Of a stretch of DNA of 64,000 bases, positions 1 through 11,817 are shown in pieces (within the stretch, counting starts at the first letter, position 1; the number at the start of each line of letters is the position of its first letter). The notes under the pieces were generated by a model. The model was not told the DNA's origin, ran no database searches, and saw only the letters and a program-made list of their open reading frames with translations. The stretch is taken from contig OX597819.1 of NCBI GenBank assembly GCA_951406725.2, positions 60,202,001-60,266,000 on the forward strand, read 5' to 3'. This DNA is from Octopus vulgaris (lineage: Eukaryota). The translations under genes and the position numbers were made by a program.

Positions 1-290
1 CCACCGACACAGGTGCCAGACGAGGCTGGCAGACAGCCACGCTCGGATGGTGTTTTTTATGTGCCACCGACACAGGTGCCAGACGAGGCTGGCAGACGGC
101 CACGCTCGGATGGTGTTTTTTATGTGCCACCGACACAGGTGCCAGACGAGGCTGGCGAATGGCCACGATCGGATGGTGTTTGTTACGTGCCCACAGCACG
201 GAGGCCAGTCGATGCGGTACTGGCTACGGCCACGTTCGGATGGTTTTCTTATGTGCCACCGGCACTGGTACCACAAGGATACAAATTCCA
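1..290 (-). repeat. 63-bp tandem repeat (~4.5 units) in the 3' UTR of the adjacent RTE LINE
   Basis: CCACCGACACAGGTGCCAGACGAGG recurs at 1, 64 and 127, then degenerates; related units occur in RTE 3'-end copies at 7345, 12560, 17570 and 58570. Confidence 0.85.
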
Positions 291-436
291 TTGATGTTCA
301 TCTATTTTGATTTGGTTTGATTGATTTGGTTTTGGTTTTCACTTGCCTCAACAGGTCTTCACAAGTGTCACAAGAAGGAAGGTATGCACAGGAGGACTGA
401 CTAGGTCCCAGGTAGGGGCCACGGGTTATGGCTTCA

Positions 437-1375
437 CTAGTCTTGCCGGGTCTTCTCACGCACAGCATACTTCCATAGGTCTTGGTCTCTAGTCATTTCC
501 ATGGTGAGACCTAACGTTCGAAGGTTGTGCTTCACCACCTCGTCCCAGGTTTTCCTGGGTCTACCTCTTCCACGGGTTCCCTCAACTGCTAGGGATTGGC
601 ACTTTCTCACACCCCTATCTTCATCCATTCTCGCCACATGACCATACCAGTGCAATCGTCTCTCTTGCACACCACAACTGATGCTTCTTAGGTACAACAT
701 TTCTCTCAAGGAACTAACGCTCTGTCGAGTAAGTACACTGACATTACACATCCATCGGAGCATACTGGCTTCATTCCTCATGAGCTTACGCATGTCCTCA
801 GCAGTCACGGCCCATGTTTCACTGCCATGTAGCATGGCAGTTCGTACACATGCATCATACAGTCTGCCTTTTACTCTGAGCGAGAGGCCTTTAGTCACCA
901 GCAGAGGTAAGAGCTCCCTAAACTCTGCCCAGGCTATTCTTATTCTAGCAGTTACACTCTCAGCGCACCCAGCCCCACTACTGACTTGGTCACCTAGATA
1001 ACGGAAGCTATCAACTACTTCTAGTTTTTCCCCTGGAAAGTGACGGAAGTTGTTTTCTGCAGATTTTCGGAGGTCAATGCTCCCGAGCATCTGCCACATA
1101 CAAAAACTATCTTCCCAGTTAGCCTACCTTTGACATTGCTGCACCTCTTATGTGTCCATAGCTTACACTGGGTACATCTTATAGAGTTTCTACCTACACC
1201 TTTTCTACAGATCGAGCAGGGCCATCTTCCTGAGGACATTTGTGGATTGTCTACCTTTCTACTTATTAGTACTTTGGTTTTAGCTAGGTTGACTCGAAGG
1301 CCCCTCGATTCTAAACCCTCCTTCCACACCTGGAACTTCTCCTCCAGTTCTGATAGTGACTCAGCAATTAGAATC
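437..1375 (-). mobile_element. RTE-clade LINE, 5'-truncated C-terminal RT region, frameshift near 1030
   Basis: GLRVNLAKTKVL, EVVDSFRYLG, KGRLYDACVRTAMLHGSETW, RRLHWYGHVARM and RGRGRPRKTW are typical RTE ORF C-terminal motifs; split over two frames. Confidence 0.93.
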
Positions 1376-1529
1376 TAACAAATTAATGAATCTAACAAAT
1401 TAATGAATCTAACAAAAGCATGAGCTCTTATTTATAGAACTCAGCCGATGTCTACCAAACAAATAATGATTAATGGGGTGCACACAGGACAGTGAGAATC
1501 CAAACAATAATGTATCCATTCTTTCTTAA

Positions 1530-1974
1530 CCCTTTCGTTACTGTATTTATTTTGTGATGCTCTGTGTTTCTTTCAATTACTTTAAATGTAACAAAGAATT
1601 TAGTAAAATGACTTCGTTATTATTCAGCTAGTGTTAGGAACATAAATTGTAACTAAGGTTTGATGGAAGATTTTAATTCAAAACTTATGAAAACAAGACA
1701 TTTGTACTCTGAGCCAGAGCTGGTTTCAACCAGGTTGATAATGAACAGGTTAACCCTTTTGATATCAAACTGCCTGAATCCGCCTCAGGCTCTGTAGTAA
1801 AATATCTTGTTTTCAAAAATTCTGAATTAAAATCTTCCACCAAACCTTAGTCACAATTTATGTTCCTAACACAAGCTTAATGATAACGAAGTTATTTTAC
1901 TAAATTCTTTGTTATATTTAAAATTAATTGAAAGAAACACAGAGCATCTCAACAGAAATATGGTAACAAAAGGG
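1530..1974. mobile_element. Two inverted copies of a ~220-bp piggyBac-type MITE sharing one TTAA
   Basis: TTAA|CCCTTTCGTTAC at 1526-1541, central TTAA at 1750-1753, second copy is the reverse complement ending GTAACAAAAGGG at 1974. Confidence 0.8.
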
Positions 1975-2036
1975 TTTGTATTTGTATCATAGGACAAGGG
2001 CACGTCGCTGGCAAGTTGGTATCAAAAGGATTAAAA

Positions 2037-2345
2037 CAGTGGTTTGCAACCAGGGTCCATATAAGATTTTGTGGGAGTCTATGCAAACAAAATAGTCAAC
2101 TGGGGATCTAAAGTCATATTTTAAGGGTTCACGAAAAAATTTTGATTTCAGTGTATTTATTGCAAAAAACAGCTAGATTTCTTTCTCTAATATTTTACAT
2201 AACTCAACATTCACAAGTTAATTTGTGAGAAACAAAATAGGAATTTTGGAAAAAGTATCTATAAAACTAGTTTTTAAATGTGGAATGGTTATGGGGATGG
2301 GTCCACGAGAATAAAATAGTAATCAAAGAGGTCCATAGATAAGGA
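2037..2345. mobile_element. hAT-type MITE, truncated; same family as 58884-59302 in opposite orientation
   Basis: CAGTGGTTTGCAACC terminus and a GGTCCATAG motif complementary to that in the 58884 copy. Confidence 0.55.
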
Positions 2346-2669
2346 ATTCTGTGGGAAGTCATTCACTTCCTCTCTTGTAATCCTCAGCTCATTGTAGGAT
2401 GGTGAGGAGAGGGACACCAGATACCAGGCTGAAGTAACCTTTAAATATTTTTGTCATGAAATTGCTGGCCTTGTGCCAAAATTAGAAACCAATTATTGTA
2501 GAGTACTTTTAATTGAAGATCTTGTTTTAATCAATTATGTTTAAAGAGTGCTCTAATTATATTTAATTTAGTGTAGAGATGTAATTCAAGCAAATGGAAT
2601 CTGTGATCTAGATTTGCTTCCTCCTCTAGACAAATTTTACGGATGTTGTTGTGTTGTTGCTATTGTTGT

Positions 2670-2860
2670 TGATGATGATGGTGGTGGTGGTGGTGGTGGT
2701 GGTGGTGGTAGTGGTGGTTATAGTAATGACAGTGATGACAGGGAATGTGACAATGATGGTTGGTGGTGATGAGCTGCTATAATATCAAGGAAGGCATCAG
2801 TAGACTTCATTGCTATAATTGAAGGAGCTGATGGTGGTGGCAGTGGTGGTGGTGTTACTG
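2670..2860. repeat. (GGT)n/(GAT)n low-complexity tract
   Basis: direct inspection. Confidence 0.85.
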
Positions 2861-3037
2861 CAATGAATGCCATGTGATGCTAAACTAGAGGAAAAGGTTA
2901 AAGAGGAGGCCACTGCCATTACTATTGCTTAACTTCAAATTAATTCTCTCTAAACCCTTGATGAAATGACATCCCAACCATGAACATTCCTACTTACTCT
3001 CATCAACAGTAGCCTGTGCCTCAGTAATCAGTTTTAC

Positions 3038-3272
3038 TTCTTATCTCTTTATTGCCCACGAGGGGCTAAACATAGAGGGATCAAACAAGGACAGACAAAG
3101 GGATTAAGTCGATTACATCATCCCCAATGCATAACTGGTACTTGATTTATCAACCTCGAAAGGATGAAAGGCAAAATCAACCTTCACAGAATTTGAACTC
3201 AGCATGTAATGGCAGACGAAATACCGCTAAGCATTTCGCCTAGCGTGCTAACGTTTCTGCTAGCTCACCGCC
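3038..3272 (-). mobile_element. tRNA-derived SINE family B
   Basis: Head GGCGGTGAGCTAGCAGAAACGTTAGCACG with GAGTTCAAAT B box and central GCCTTTCATCCTTTCGAGGTTGATAAAT block; further copies near 6686, 23665, 27565, 33091 and 44540. Confidence 0.85.
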
Positions 3273-4150
3273 AGTTTTACTTCTATTATCACGACAGTCT
3301 TAGTCTTTGGGTTGTCACAAACCCACAGGCTCATGGGGCCAGATCCCATCCTGCTTTCCATACTGTTTAATCAGCTGAGTATAGAGCCTACCCCACAACC
3401 ATCATTATTGTTGTGAGTTAACCATGCAATGGAATGAGTAAATATTGTACTCTTAGTTGCTTATATAGCACAGAAAATGGAATAAGCTCCAACTTAATGA
3501 CACTGTAGGCTTGTGACAGACCTAAGACTGATCTTCATGGCTGTATGTAGTAGAAATAAGGTGTAATTTGAGAGAGATTTGATTGCTATTTCTAGTAGGT
3601 CAAGCAATTACATAGAGGTTCCTTCCTTTCCTCGTGTTGCTGTCATTTATTCACCTCCTGAAATCTGCTCACAAACATGCCGTCTCCTCTCTCTCTCTCT
3701 TTTTGTCTTTTCTTCCACTATTACATTAGCCTCTGTTTCTTGCAGCTATTTAGTCTCAGACCCCTCCTCCTCCTCTACCACTACCACCACTACCAAGAAG
3801 CCACGCAGTGGGACTGAATCCAGAACCATGTGGTAAACAGAGCATCTCAAAATAAGTGCAGTAATGAAAGGGTTAATGGTTTCTTATTAAATCTAAAAAG
3901 ACTTAATAAATCAAAAGATGGCACAATAATTAAAAAAAAACAACTCTATTTGATTAAAAAAAAATAATTAATTATTTGATTGCAAAGAATAAAATGTTTC
4001 GAATGACACAACAATGCACTGTAATACAAACAATGAACTATAAAAACTGTTGTAATTTAATCATATTTTCGTGAGGCCACAAAAGAGGCACTTGTGGAAA
4101 AAAAAAAAAAAAAGATTAAACTACGCATATTTTTCCATATTTTTCTAATA

Positions 4151-4553
4151 GGCGTAGGAGTGGCTGCGTTGTAAGTAGCTTACTTACCAACCACATGGTT
4201 CCGGGTTCAGTCCCACTGCATGTCACCTTGGGCAAGTGTCTTCTACTATAGCCTCGGGCCAACCAAAGCCTTGTGAGTGGATTTGGTAGATGGAAACTGA
4301 AAGAAGCCTATCGTAAATATGTATGTGTGTGTGTGTGTGTGTGCGTATGTTTGTGTGTCTCTGTTTGTTCCCCCATCATCGCTTGATAATCGATGGTGGT
4401 GTGTTTACGTCCCAGTAACTTGGCAGTTTGGCAAAAGACTCCGATAGAATAAGTACTAGGCTTACAAAGAATAAGTCCTGGGGGCGATTTGCTTGACAAA
4501 AGGCGGTGCTCCAGCATGGCCACAGTCACATGACTGAAACAAGTAAAAGAGAG
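4151..4553 (+). mobile_element. tRNA-derived CORE-like SINE family A, full length
   Basis: A/B-box head GGCGTAGGAGTGGC...GGTTCAGTCCC, CORE-like CACCTTGGGCAAGTG, internal (TA/TG)n, tail GAAACAAGTAAAAGAG; more than 20 full or partial copies in the window. Confidence 0.92.
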
Positions 4554-4859
4554 TACAACAGTTATTATAGCCCATTGTTTGTATTAAAGTGCATTGCTGT
4601 GTCATTCAAAACTTTTTCTTCTTGACAAACAATACAGAATGCTTCAAGTGAACTACAAGACTCACCCACTTGATTCCAGTTGATACATTTTGTAATTTTA
4701 ACTCTAAGCTTTAGGCTTCTCTGAGCTAAAGGAACCCCCAATGCTTAGGACCCACAAGCTTTGGTGCCCCTTGGTCATGACCCATATTGGCCCATACATA
4801 AATGTACAACCTCATTGCCTATTATATCTTGGTCTTCCTCTCCAGAATATTGGCCTAGA

Positions 4860-5110
4860 GGAGGAGGCGGAGGAGGATGGTGATGATGATGATGATGAAT
4901 GTGACAATGATGATGAGGAGGGTGGTGGTGGTGGTGGTGGTGGTGATGGTTGTGGTGACGACGACGATGATAATAATAATTAGGTGAATGTGATGATGAT
5001 GATGATTTTGAAAACAATGTTGATGATGATGATGATGATGATATGTTGATGACAATGTTGATGATGATGTTGATGATGATGATGATGATTATGATGACGA
5101 TAATGATGAT
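4860..5110. repeat. Compound (GAT)n/(GGT)n microsatellite
   Basis: direct inspection; source of the poly-D/H/G/M ORFs. Confidence 0.9.
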
Positions 5111-5142
5111 AATTCAGAAATTCTTTTCTTCATACATTGCAG

Positions 5143-5299
5143 CCAAACTCTTCACCTTTATGGCATACCTAGAAAACCTGATGGCATTACTTGCTTCACT
5201 GTGTTTCAACGGTCTTTACAGCCTCACTTTTGATATACACCAAGGATTTGTCTTCTTTGTTTCAACTGCAATATGTTCGCTATGCACTCTATTCACAGT
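5143..5299 (+). CDS. SLC46A: Penultimate coding exon of SLC46-family MFS transporter, paralog A (last TM helices)
   Basis: Polypyrimidine tract + cag acceptor (5141-5142), gtaagt donor at 5300; translation (A)KLFTFMAYLENLMALLASLCFNGLYSLTFDIHQGFVFFVSTAICSLCTLFT resembles the PCFT C-terminal GALF...GIFNSLY..T....GFPFL region; phases 1 and 2. Confidence 0.85.
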
Positions 5300-5391
5300 G
5301 TAAGTATGCATGCATACATACATACATACATACTTACAGACATCTTAGCTTCTTTCTCGTATAAAAGCAAAGCCATTGCTAGATCGAATCA

Positions 5392-5598
5392 CTGAAATGA
5401 GTCAATGTTGATGCAATGTGAGGCCCTTGTATGACTCTTGACAACAGCAAAAGTTTTGCACATTCTACTGCATAATGCACAGCTTTTCTGGCTGGCAGAA
5501 GAAACAGGTGCCACAATATGAACTCTTTTGACATGCTCTTTCAATCCTTCAACTAAGAGCCACACCTTTCCACATATTGCAATGAGTTGCATTGAACC
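5392..5598 (-). mobile_element. Degenerate double C2H2 zinc-finger fragment, possibly the C-terminus of an RTE/BovB-like LINE
   Basis: ICGKVWLLVEGLKEHVKRVH ... CALCSRMCKTFAVVKSHTRASH then stop; antisense within an intron, no convincing splice context. Confidence 0.45.
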
Positions 5599-5599
5599 A

Positions 5600-5914
5600 T
5601 ACAGTTCTGGGTTCAGTCTCACTGCATGGTACCTTGGGCAAGTGACTTCTACTATAGCCTCAGGACAACCAAAACCTTGTGAGTGGATTTGGTAGACGGA
5701 AACTGAAAGAAGCTCGTCGTATATATGTATATATATATATGTGTGTGTGCTTGTGTGTCTGTGTTTGTCCCCACAACATTGCTTGACAACCGGTTCGGCA
5801 AAAGAGACCGATAGAATAAGTACTAGGCTTACAAAGTCCTGGTGTCGATTTGCAGCAGCATGGCCACAGTCAAATGACTGAAACAAGTAAAACAATAAAA
5901 GAGTAAAAGAATAA
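5600..5914 (+). mobile_element. SINE family A, partial
   Basis: matches 4151-4553 with internal deletions. Confidence 0.85.
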
Positions 5915-6141
5915 AGCACTTCATTCACGTTGCTCTGTGATTATTTTGACATCTGAGATGTGGCACCCTGTTGCACCTCTACAGGTAATGTTGATTTGAT
6001 GGAGGGAGTGAGCTTATGTGTACACATTTGATCACTATAAACAATTCGGCACTAAATTGTTGAACCCTCACACATCATCTAACGACAGGAGATTCCATCA
6101 TATATATACACAGATGAAATTGTCAAACAACAAGTAAGTCA

Positions 6142-6178
<37 letters not shown>

Positions 6179-6197
6179 TCACGTATATATACACAGT

Positions 6198-6243
<46 letters not shown>

Positions 6244-6487
6244 AATATACATAGATGCATACACAAACACACACACATCCATAAGATGACAAGATGATAG
6301 GATTATTAACATGTTGGATGGACAAAATGCTTAGGGCCATGTCTTCTGGCATTGAAGATAATGTAATCACCCCTGCCCTGAAAACTATGGTCCTCGTGCC
6401 AACATACAGATATACATACATAGAATGTACACACGTATGTACCTGCGTACATATATACATGCATACATACATAGACACATACAAATA

Positions 6488-6938
6488 CAAGGGGTTACTG
6501 AAAATGTCCTGGCTTTGGGTAAAAGGAAATACAAGAGGATCAATTAATTATGATTTATTCAATATACACCCCTCTCAGTTCCACACACTTATTGCAGTGG
6601 TCCTTCAATTTTTCTAAGCTCTATAAAAGAACTCGAAAGATTGGGCTTTCACAATAGCCTGAAAGCCGGGAACTTTAGCTAGTCACTGAGCTGGCAGAAA
6701 TGTTAGCACGCCGGGCAAAATGCTTAGCAGTATTTCGTCTGCATTCAATGCGTTCTGCATTCAAATTCAGCCGAGGTCGACTTTGCCTTTCATCCTTTCG
6801 AGGTTGATAGATTAAGTACCAGTTACACACTGGAGTCAATGTAATCGACTTAATCCCTTTGTCTGTCCTTGTTCGTCCCTTCTATGTTTAGCCCCTTGTG
6901 GGTAATAAAGAAACAAGGAACTTTTCAGAACCCCCTTC
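6488..6938. mobile_element. Mariner-type MITE containing a family B SINE (6686-6915, +)
   Basis: TA|CAAGGGGTTACTGAAAATGTCC versus GGAACTTTTCAGAACCCCCTTCA|TA imperfect TIRs. Confidence 0.55.
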
Positions 6939-7344
6939 ATATACATATATATACCCATATATATCTGCAAGTATATATACATGCATACATGCGTACATAT
7001 ATACATACAAACACACATATACCCTGCATGCATACATACATATACTTGTATGCAAGCATGCATACATACAACCATGTGGTCAACAACAAAGATAAGAACT
7101 TCGTACTAGTCAATAGTGAACTCTTCAAACAGTACACACTTTGATGATCTCCCTTGCAATACCAGAAATGCTGGACTACTGAACCACAAAGAAAGATCTG
7201 GAAAATAAATCCTCTATATACCATAAAGAGTTATGCATGGATATTTTTCTTGTAAACATGACGATGATGGTAATTTTGGTTTCAAACATTCGGTAGGACT
7301 AGTTGATTATATTGACTTGTGTTCAACTGATACTTATTTAATCT

Positions 7345-7676
7345 TAGTGCTGGTGGCATGTAAAAAGCACCATTTGAGTGTGGTCGATACCAGTGCTGCC
7401 TGACTGGCCCCCATACTTATTGCATGTAAAAAGCATCATTCGAGCATGGTCAAAGCCAGTAACGCCTGACTGGCCCCCGTACCGGTGGCATGTAAAGAGT
7501 ACCCACTACACTCACAGAGTGGTTGGCATGAGGAAGGACATCCAGCTGTAGAAACCTTACCAGATCAGATTGGAGCCTGGTGCAAATTGCTGGCTTGCCA
7601 GTCCTCAGTCAAACTGTCCAACCCATGCCAGCATAGAAAGTGGCCATTAAACTATGTTGATGATGATGATGATGAT
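7345..7676 (+). mobile_element. RTE LINE 3'-end copy with (GAT)n tail
   Basis: AAAAGCACC repeat units, CATCCAGCTGTAGAAAC, AACCCATGCCAGCAT and a GAT tail; similar copies near 17010, 18200, 26240, 26476(-), 27780, 46165(-), 47040(-), 55020, 55640(-) and 58570. Confidence 0.8.
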
Positions 7677-7915
7677 ATATATATATATATAGTTAATCCA
7701 AGCATGAAAACACAAAGAGAAAACACAACAACGCGAGGACATGAAACAAGTATAGTATTATTGGACACTCAGGAAAGAAGGAAAGAAGGAGGGTTTAACA
7801 TTTCGAGTGGAGCTCTTCATCAGAAACATAGGAAAAGGAAAGATCCAAAGAAGGGAAGACGGAGGAAAAAATAAATTGCCAATGGTACACATGCAATCAC
7901 ATTTTGAATATATAT

Positions 7916-7988
<73 letters not shown>

Positions 7989-8178
7989 GATATATATCAG
8001 TGCATTGTAGTGGGAGAGTTGCTTGCGCTGCTGCTAATCCAAATATTGAAAGTTTAAATAGGATAATGGCTTCAATGTAACTAGACATTTCTTGGACTGC
8101 TTCATTCTGAAGATGGGCCTTCACCCCTGAGATATAAAAGTTTTTTGTAAAACTTTCTGCATTGTTAGAAGCTTTCTT

Positions 8179-8263
<85 letters not shown>

Positions 8264-8567
8264 GATAGATAGATAGATAGATACATACATACATATATAC
8301 ATACATACATAGGTATATCTCAGTGTGTATATGTCATTGAGTTTGTGTTTGTCCCCTACAACAGCTTGACAACTGATATTGGTTTGTTTATGCCCTTATG
8401 TAACTTAGCAGTTTAGCAAAAGAGACTGATAGAGTAAGTACCAGATCCAAAAAGTAAGTAGTGTGGTTGATTTGTTTGACTAAATCCTTCAAGGCATGGC
8501 TGTAATCCAATGACTGAAGCAAGTGAAAGATAACAGATAAAATATAAATATTGTCAATATAGAGAGA

Positions 8568-8715
8568 CTGTGTGGTAAGAAGCTTGCTTCCCAACCACAT
8601 GGTTTCAGGTTCAATCCCTCTGTGTGGCACCTTGGGCAAGTGTCTTTTACTATAGCCTCAAGCCGACCAATGCCATATGAGTAGATTTGGTAGATGGAAC
8701 ATGAAAGAAGCCCAT

Positions 8716-8771
<56 letters not shown>

Positions 8772-8978
8772 TGTGTTTGTACCCCCCCACCAACATTGCT
8801 TGACAACTAATGCTGGTGTGTTTACATCCCTATAACTTAGCGGTTTGGTAAAAGAGACCGATAGAACAAGTACTAAGCTTACATAGCAAAAGTCCTGGGG
8901 TCGATTTTTTCGACTAAAAAAGGCGGTGCTCCAGCATGGCCACAGTCAAATGACTAAAACAAGTAAAAGAATAAAAGA
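8568..8978 (+). mobile_element. SINE family A
   Basis: matches 4151-4553. Confidence 0.88.
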
Positions 8979-9142
8979 ACACACTCTAAAGACAAGGTGA
9001 TTTATATGTTAAAATTATATTTTTTGTATTAAATTGTATTCATATGAAATATAAAATGAATTTATAAAAGTAAATTTATTGAAATAAATTTTGAAATATT
9101 TACTATAATAAATTTTTGTCTTTCCTTTTTATTTTCATGCAG

Positions 9143-9224
9143 GGTCATGTGGTTTCAAATCAAGCAATCAAATGGCTACAAAGATCTTGATGAACACCAG
9201 GAGCTACAACACTCAGGAAAATAA
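9143..9224 (+). CDS. SLC46A: Terminal coding exon of SLC46 paralog A: (V)VMWFQIKQSNGYKDLDEHQELQHSGK*
   Basis: Strong acceptor tttcctttttattttcatgcag; phase 2 matches the 5300 donor; open to TAA at 9222-9224; completes the last TM and adds a hydrophilic tail. Confidence 0.72.
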
Positions 9225-10115
9225 TATATATATATATCCATCTATCTATATATATATTTGAAGAAAGATTTTCTTAAAACCTGTTAGCTATATAAAATTT
9301 TTGTTTTTAAAAAGCAGAATGTTATGAACCTTTTAAAAAAGGAGTTTTTCATATCGAGTGTATTTTGTGTGAAAATGCTTACACATAACATGCATGATAC
9401 AATAACTTGTCTCCAAAAGGTATGTGACATTCTGTTTTACAAAACAAATAATTTTAAGATAGTTAATAGCTTTTAAGAAAATTTTTCTTTAAACACAGTG
9501 ACTCTACCAAGTATTTCTTGCAAAACCTTTTAAATATACAAACACACACACACATATATATGATGATGATATATATATATACCATTGTGTGTTTAGGAGT
9601 GCGTGCATATATTTCTAAAATTAAATATAAAACTGCCTATTTTATATATATATATATACTATTGAATTTTGGGAGGGGCATTATGCCAGTAATTATAAAC
9701 ACATGCACTGGTTCAGTCCTTTATTGTTATCGTTTAGTATTGTTCGTATTGTTATTCCTTTTTCTTTGTCAAATAATTATTTCATCACATTATGCTCTTC
9801 CCAAGGTTCAATAGTATTTCTTTCAACACACAAATTCACATGAAGAATCTTGTAAACCAAATACAAATGCGAACTATATATATATATATATATATGTATG
9901 TACTTACCATATATTACATCACACAGTTGCTTGTTTCTGATCATCAGCTGGTAAACCAAGCTTGGTTTTCTTTTGAATATCTACTGCCTGAATATTTTTT
10001 GAAATATGAAATTAATGCTTGAAGGAAAGGCTTATCCTTATGTTTTTTTCATTATTATTTAAAAACCTTTGTAAATGACACATGTGCAAATAACATTTCT
10101 GGTGATTTATATATA

Positions 10116-10544
10116 TTCTTATTCTTTTATTCTTTTACCTGTTTCAGTCATTTGACTGCAGCCATGCTGGAGCACTGCCTTTAGTCGAACAAATTGACCC
10201 CGGGACTTATTCTTTGTAAGCCTAGTACTTAGTCTATCAGTCTCTTTTGCTGAACTGGTAAGTTACAGGGACGTGAACACACCAGCATTGGTTGTCAAGT
10301 GATAGCAGTATGGACAAACACAGACACACAAACGTATACACATACACACATACATATATACATACATATATATATATATATACGACAGGCTTCTTTCAGT
10401 TTCCATGTACTAAATCCACTCACAAGGATTTAGTCAACCTGAGGCTATAGTAAGAGACACTTGCCTAAGGTGCAACGCAGTAGGACTGGACCCAGAACCA
10501 TGCGGTTAGTAAGCAACAAGCTACTTACCACACAGCCACTTCTG

Positions 10545-10546
<2 letters not shown>
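10116..10546 (-). mobile_element. SINE family A
   Basis: reverse complement of family A. Confidence 0.88.
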
Positions 10547-10638
<92 letters not shown>

Positions 10639-11817
10639 CGTTGGTTTTATGATTGTGAATAAACTAAGTTTATTCATTACATCATTGTATACATATCGAA
10701 TTTAGATAATTAAAACAAAACAAGTTAAGTCATGTTAAGTTAATAAAAAGTCAAATGAAGCAAAAAAAAGATAATAATAAATAATGGTTATAGCTTATTG
10801 TTTGAATCCTTTCAATACTAACCCACCTTAGACTACTTTTGACTCAGTAGGCCAAATACTCTTCTTCTAGTCATATGTAAGAACCTTCTACTGAATTATG
10901 TTCCAAATGTTATGTCTTAATAATCTCATTCATATTTTAATTATTTCAGTCACTGGACTGCTGCCAAATTGGGGCATAACCTTCAATGGTTTTAGCCTAA
11001 CAAATCAATCCCACAGTTCCAGTCTTATGTTTATTTTTGCTTTTTTAAAGCTTGGTACCCATCCTATAGGTCTCTTTTGCTGAACTATGTTATAGTGGAT
11101 GTAAACATACCAACACCAGTCTTTTCTGTTTTGCAAGTTACATGGAAACCTCACTAATGCCGGTGGCATGAAAAAAGCAACCAATACAACACAGGAGTTG
11201 AGTGGCTTTATGTGAGGTGTTGAAAGGTTAAAGTATGACACAGGGACAAGACATGTGTCATGCTGCAGTGGTGATACATGGATGAAGGAGATAAACAGTG
11301 GGTAGTGATGCGGTGCTACAGCAAACTCCCAAGGAACAAGAAGATGAGCGTAAGAGAGGATATGGACAGTGAATCAAGGAAGTGGATGAGAGAGCGAATG
11401 CTTTTGTAAGAGTGTGAGAAGGGATTGTGATGGGCCTTTTTCGGTTTTGGTCAACAAAATTCATTTTCAAAGCTTTGGTTGACCCATGGCCATAGTAGAA
11501 TACAGTTGCCCAAGGTGCCACACAGTGGGACTGAACCTGGAACCATACAGTTGGGAAGTGAGCTTCTTAACCACACAACCATGCCGCTGCCTATCAGTGA
11601 ATTGTTAACGGGCTTTTCCTGAGTTTTTCTTTGTCAGAAAGATAGATAAGCAAATTGACAGTTAAATGAATAGATAAAATGATAGTAGTTTTTTTACATA
11701 TTTTGTGAACTGAGAATAGCTGTTGGGAGGTCTTAATTCTGTTATATACTTTGAGAACAAAGGTAATTTCTCTAAGCTTTGATTTATGTCTTATGGAGTT
11801 CTCCAGTGTAAAATGTA

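Noticed and set aside
13-310. Repetitive 93-aa and 87-aa ORFs; CRISPR-like periodicity
   Set aside because: Head-to-tail 63-bp repeats with no unique spacers, antisense to an RTE 3' UTR, in eukaryotic DNA
4151-4225. tRNA gene
   Set aside because: A and B boxes belong to SINE heads; no acceptor stem or terminator, and the sequence continues into the SINE body
4741-5110. Poly-His, poly-Asp and poly-Met ORFs
   Set aside because: Translations of trinucleotide microsatellites
8106-8140. CTGAAGA-stem-GAGA hammerhead-like site
   Set aside because: Core mutated and stems I and III not demonstrable; counted only as part of the TA-island pattern
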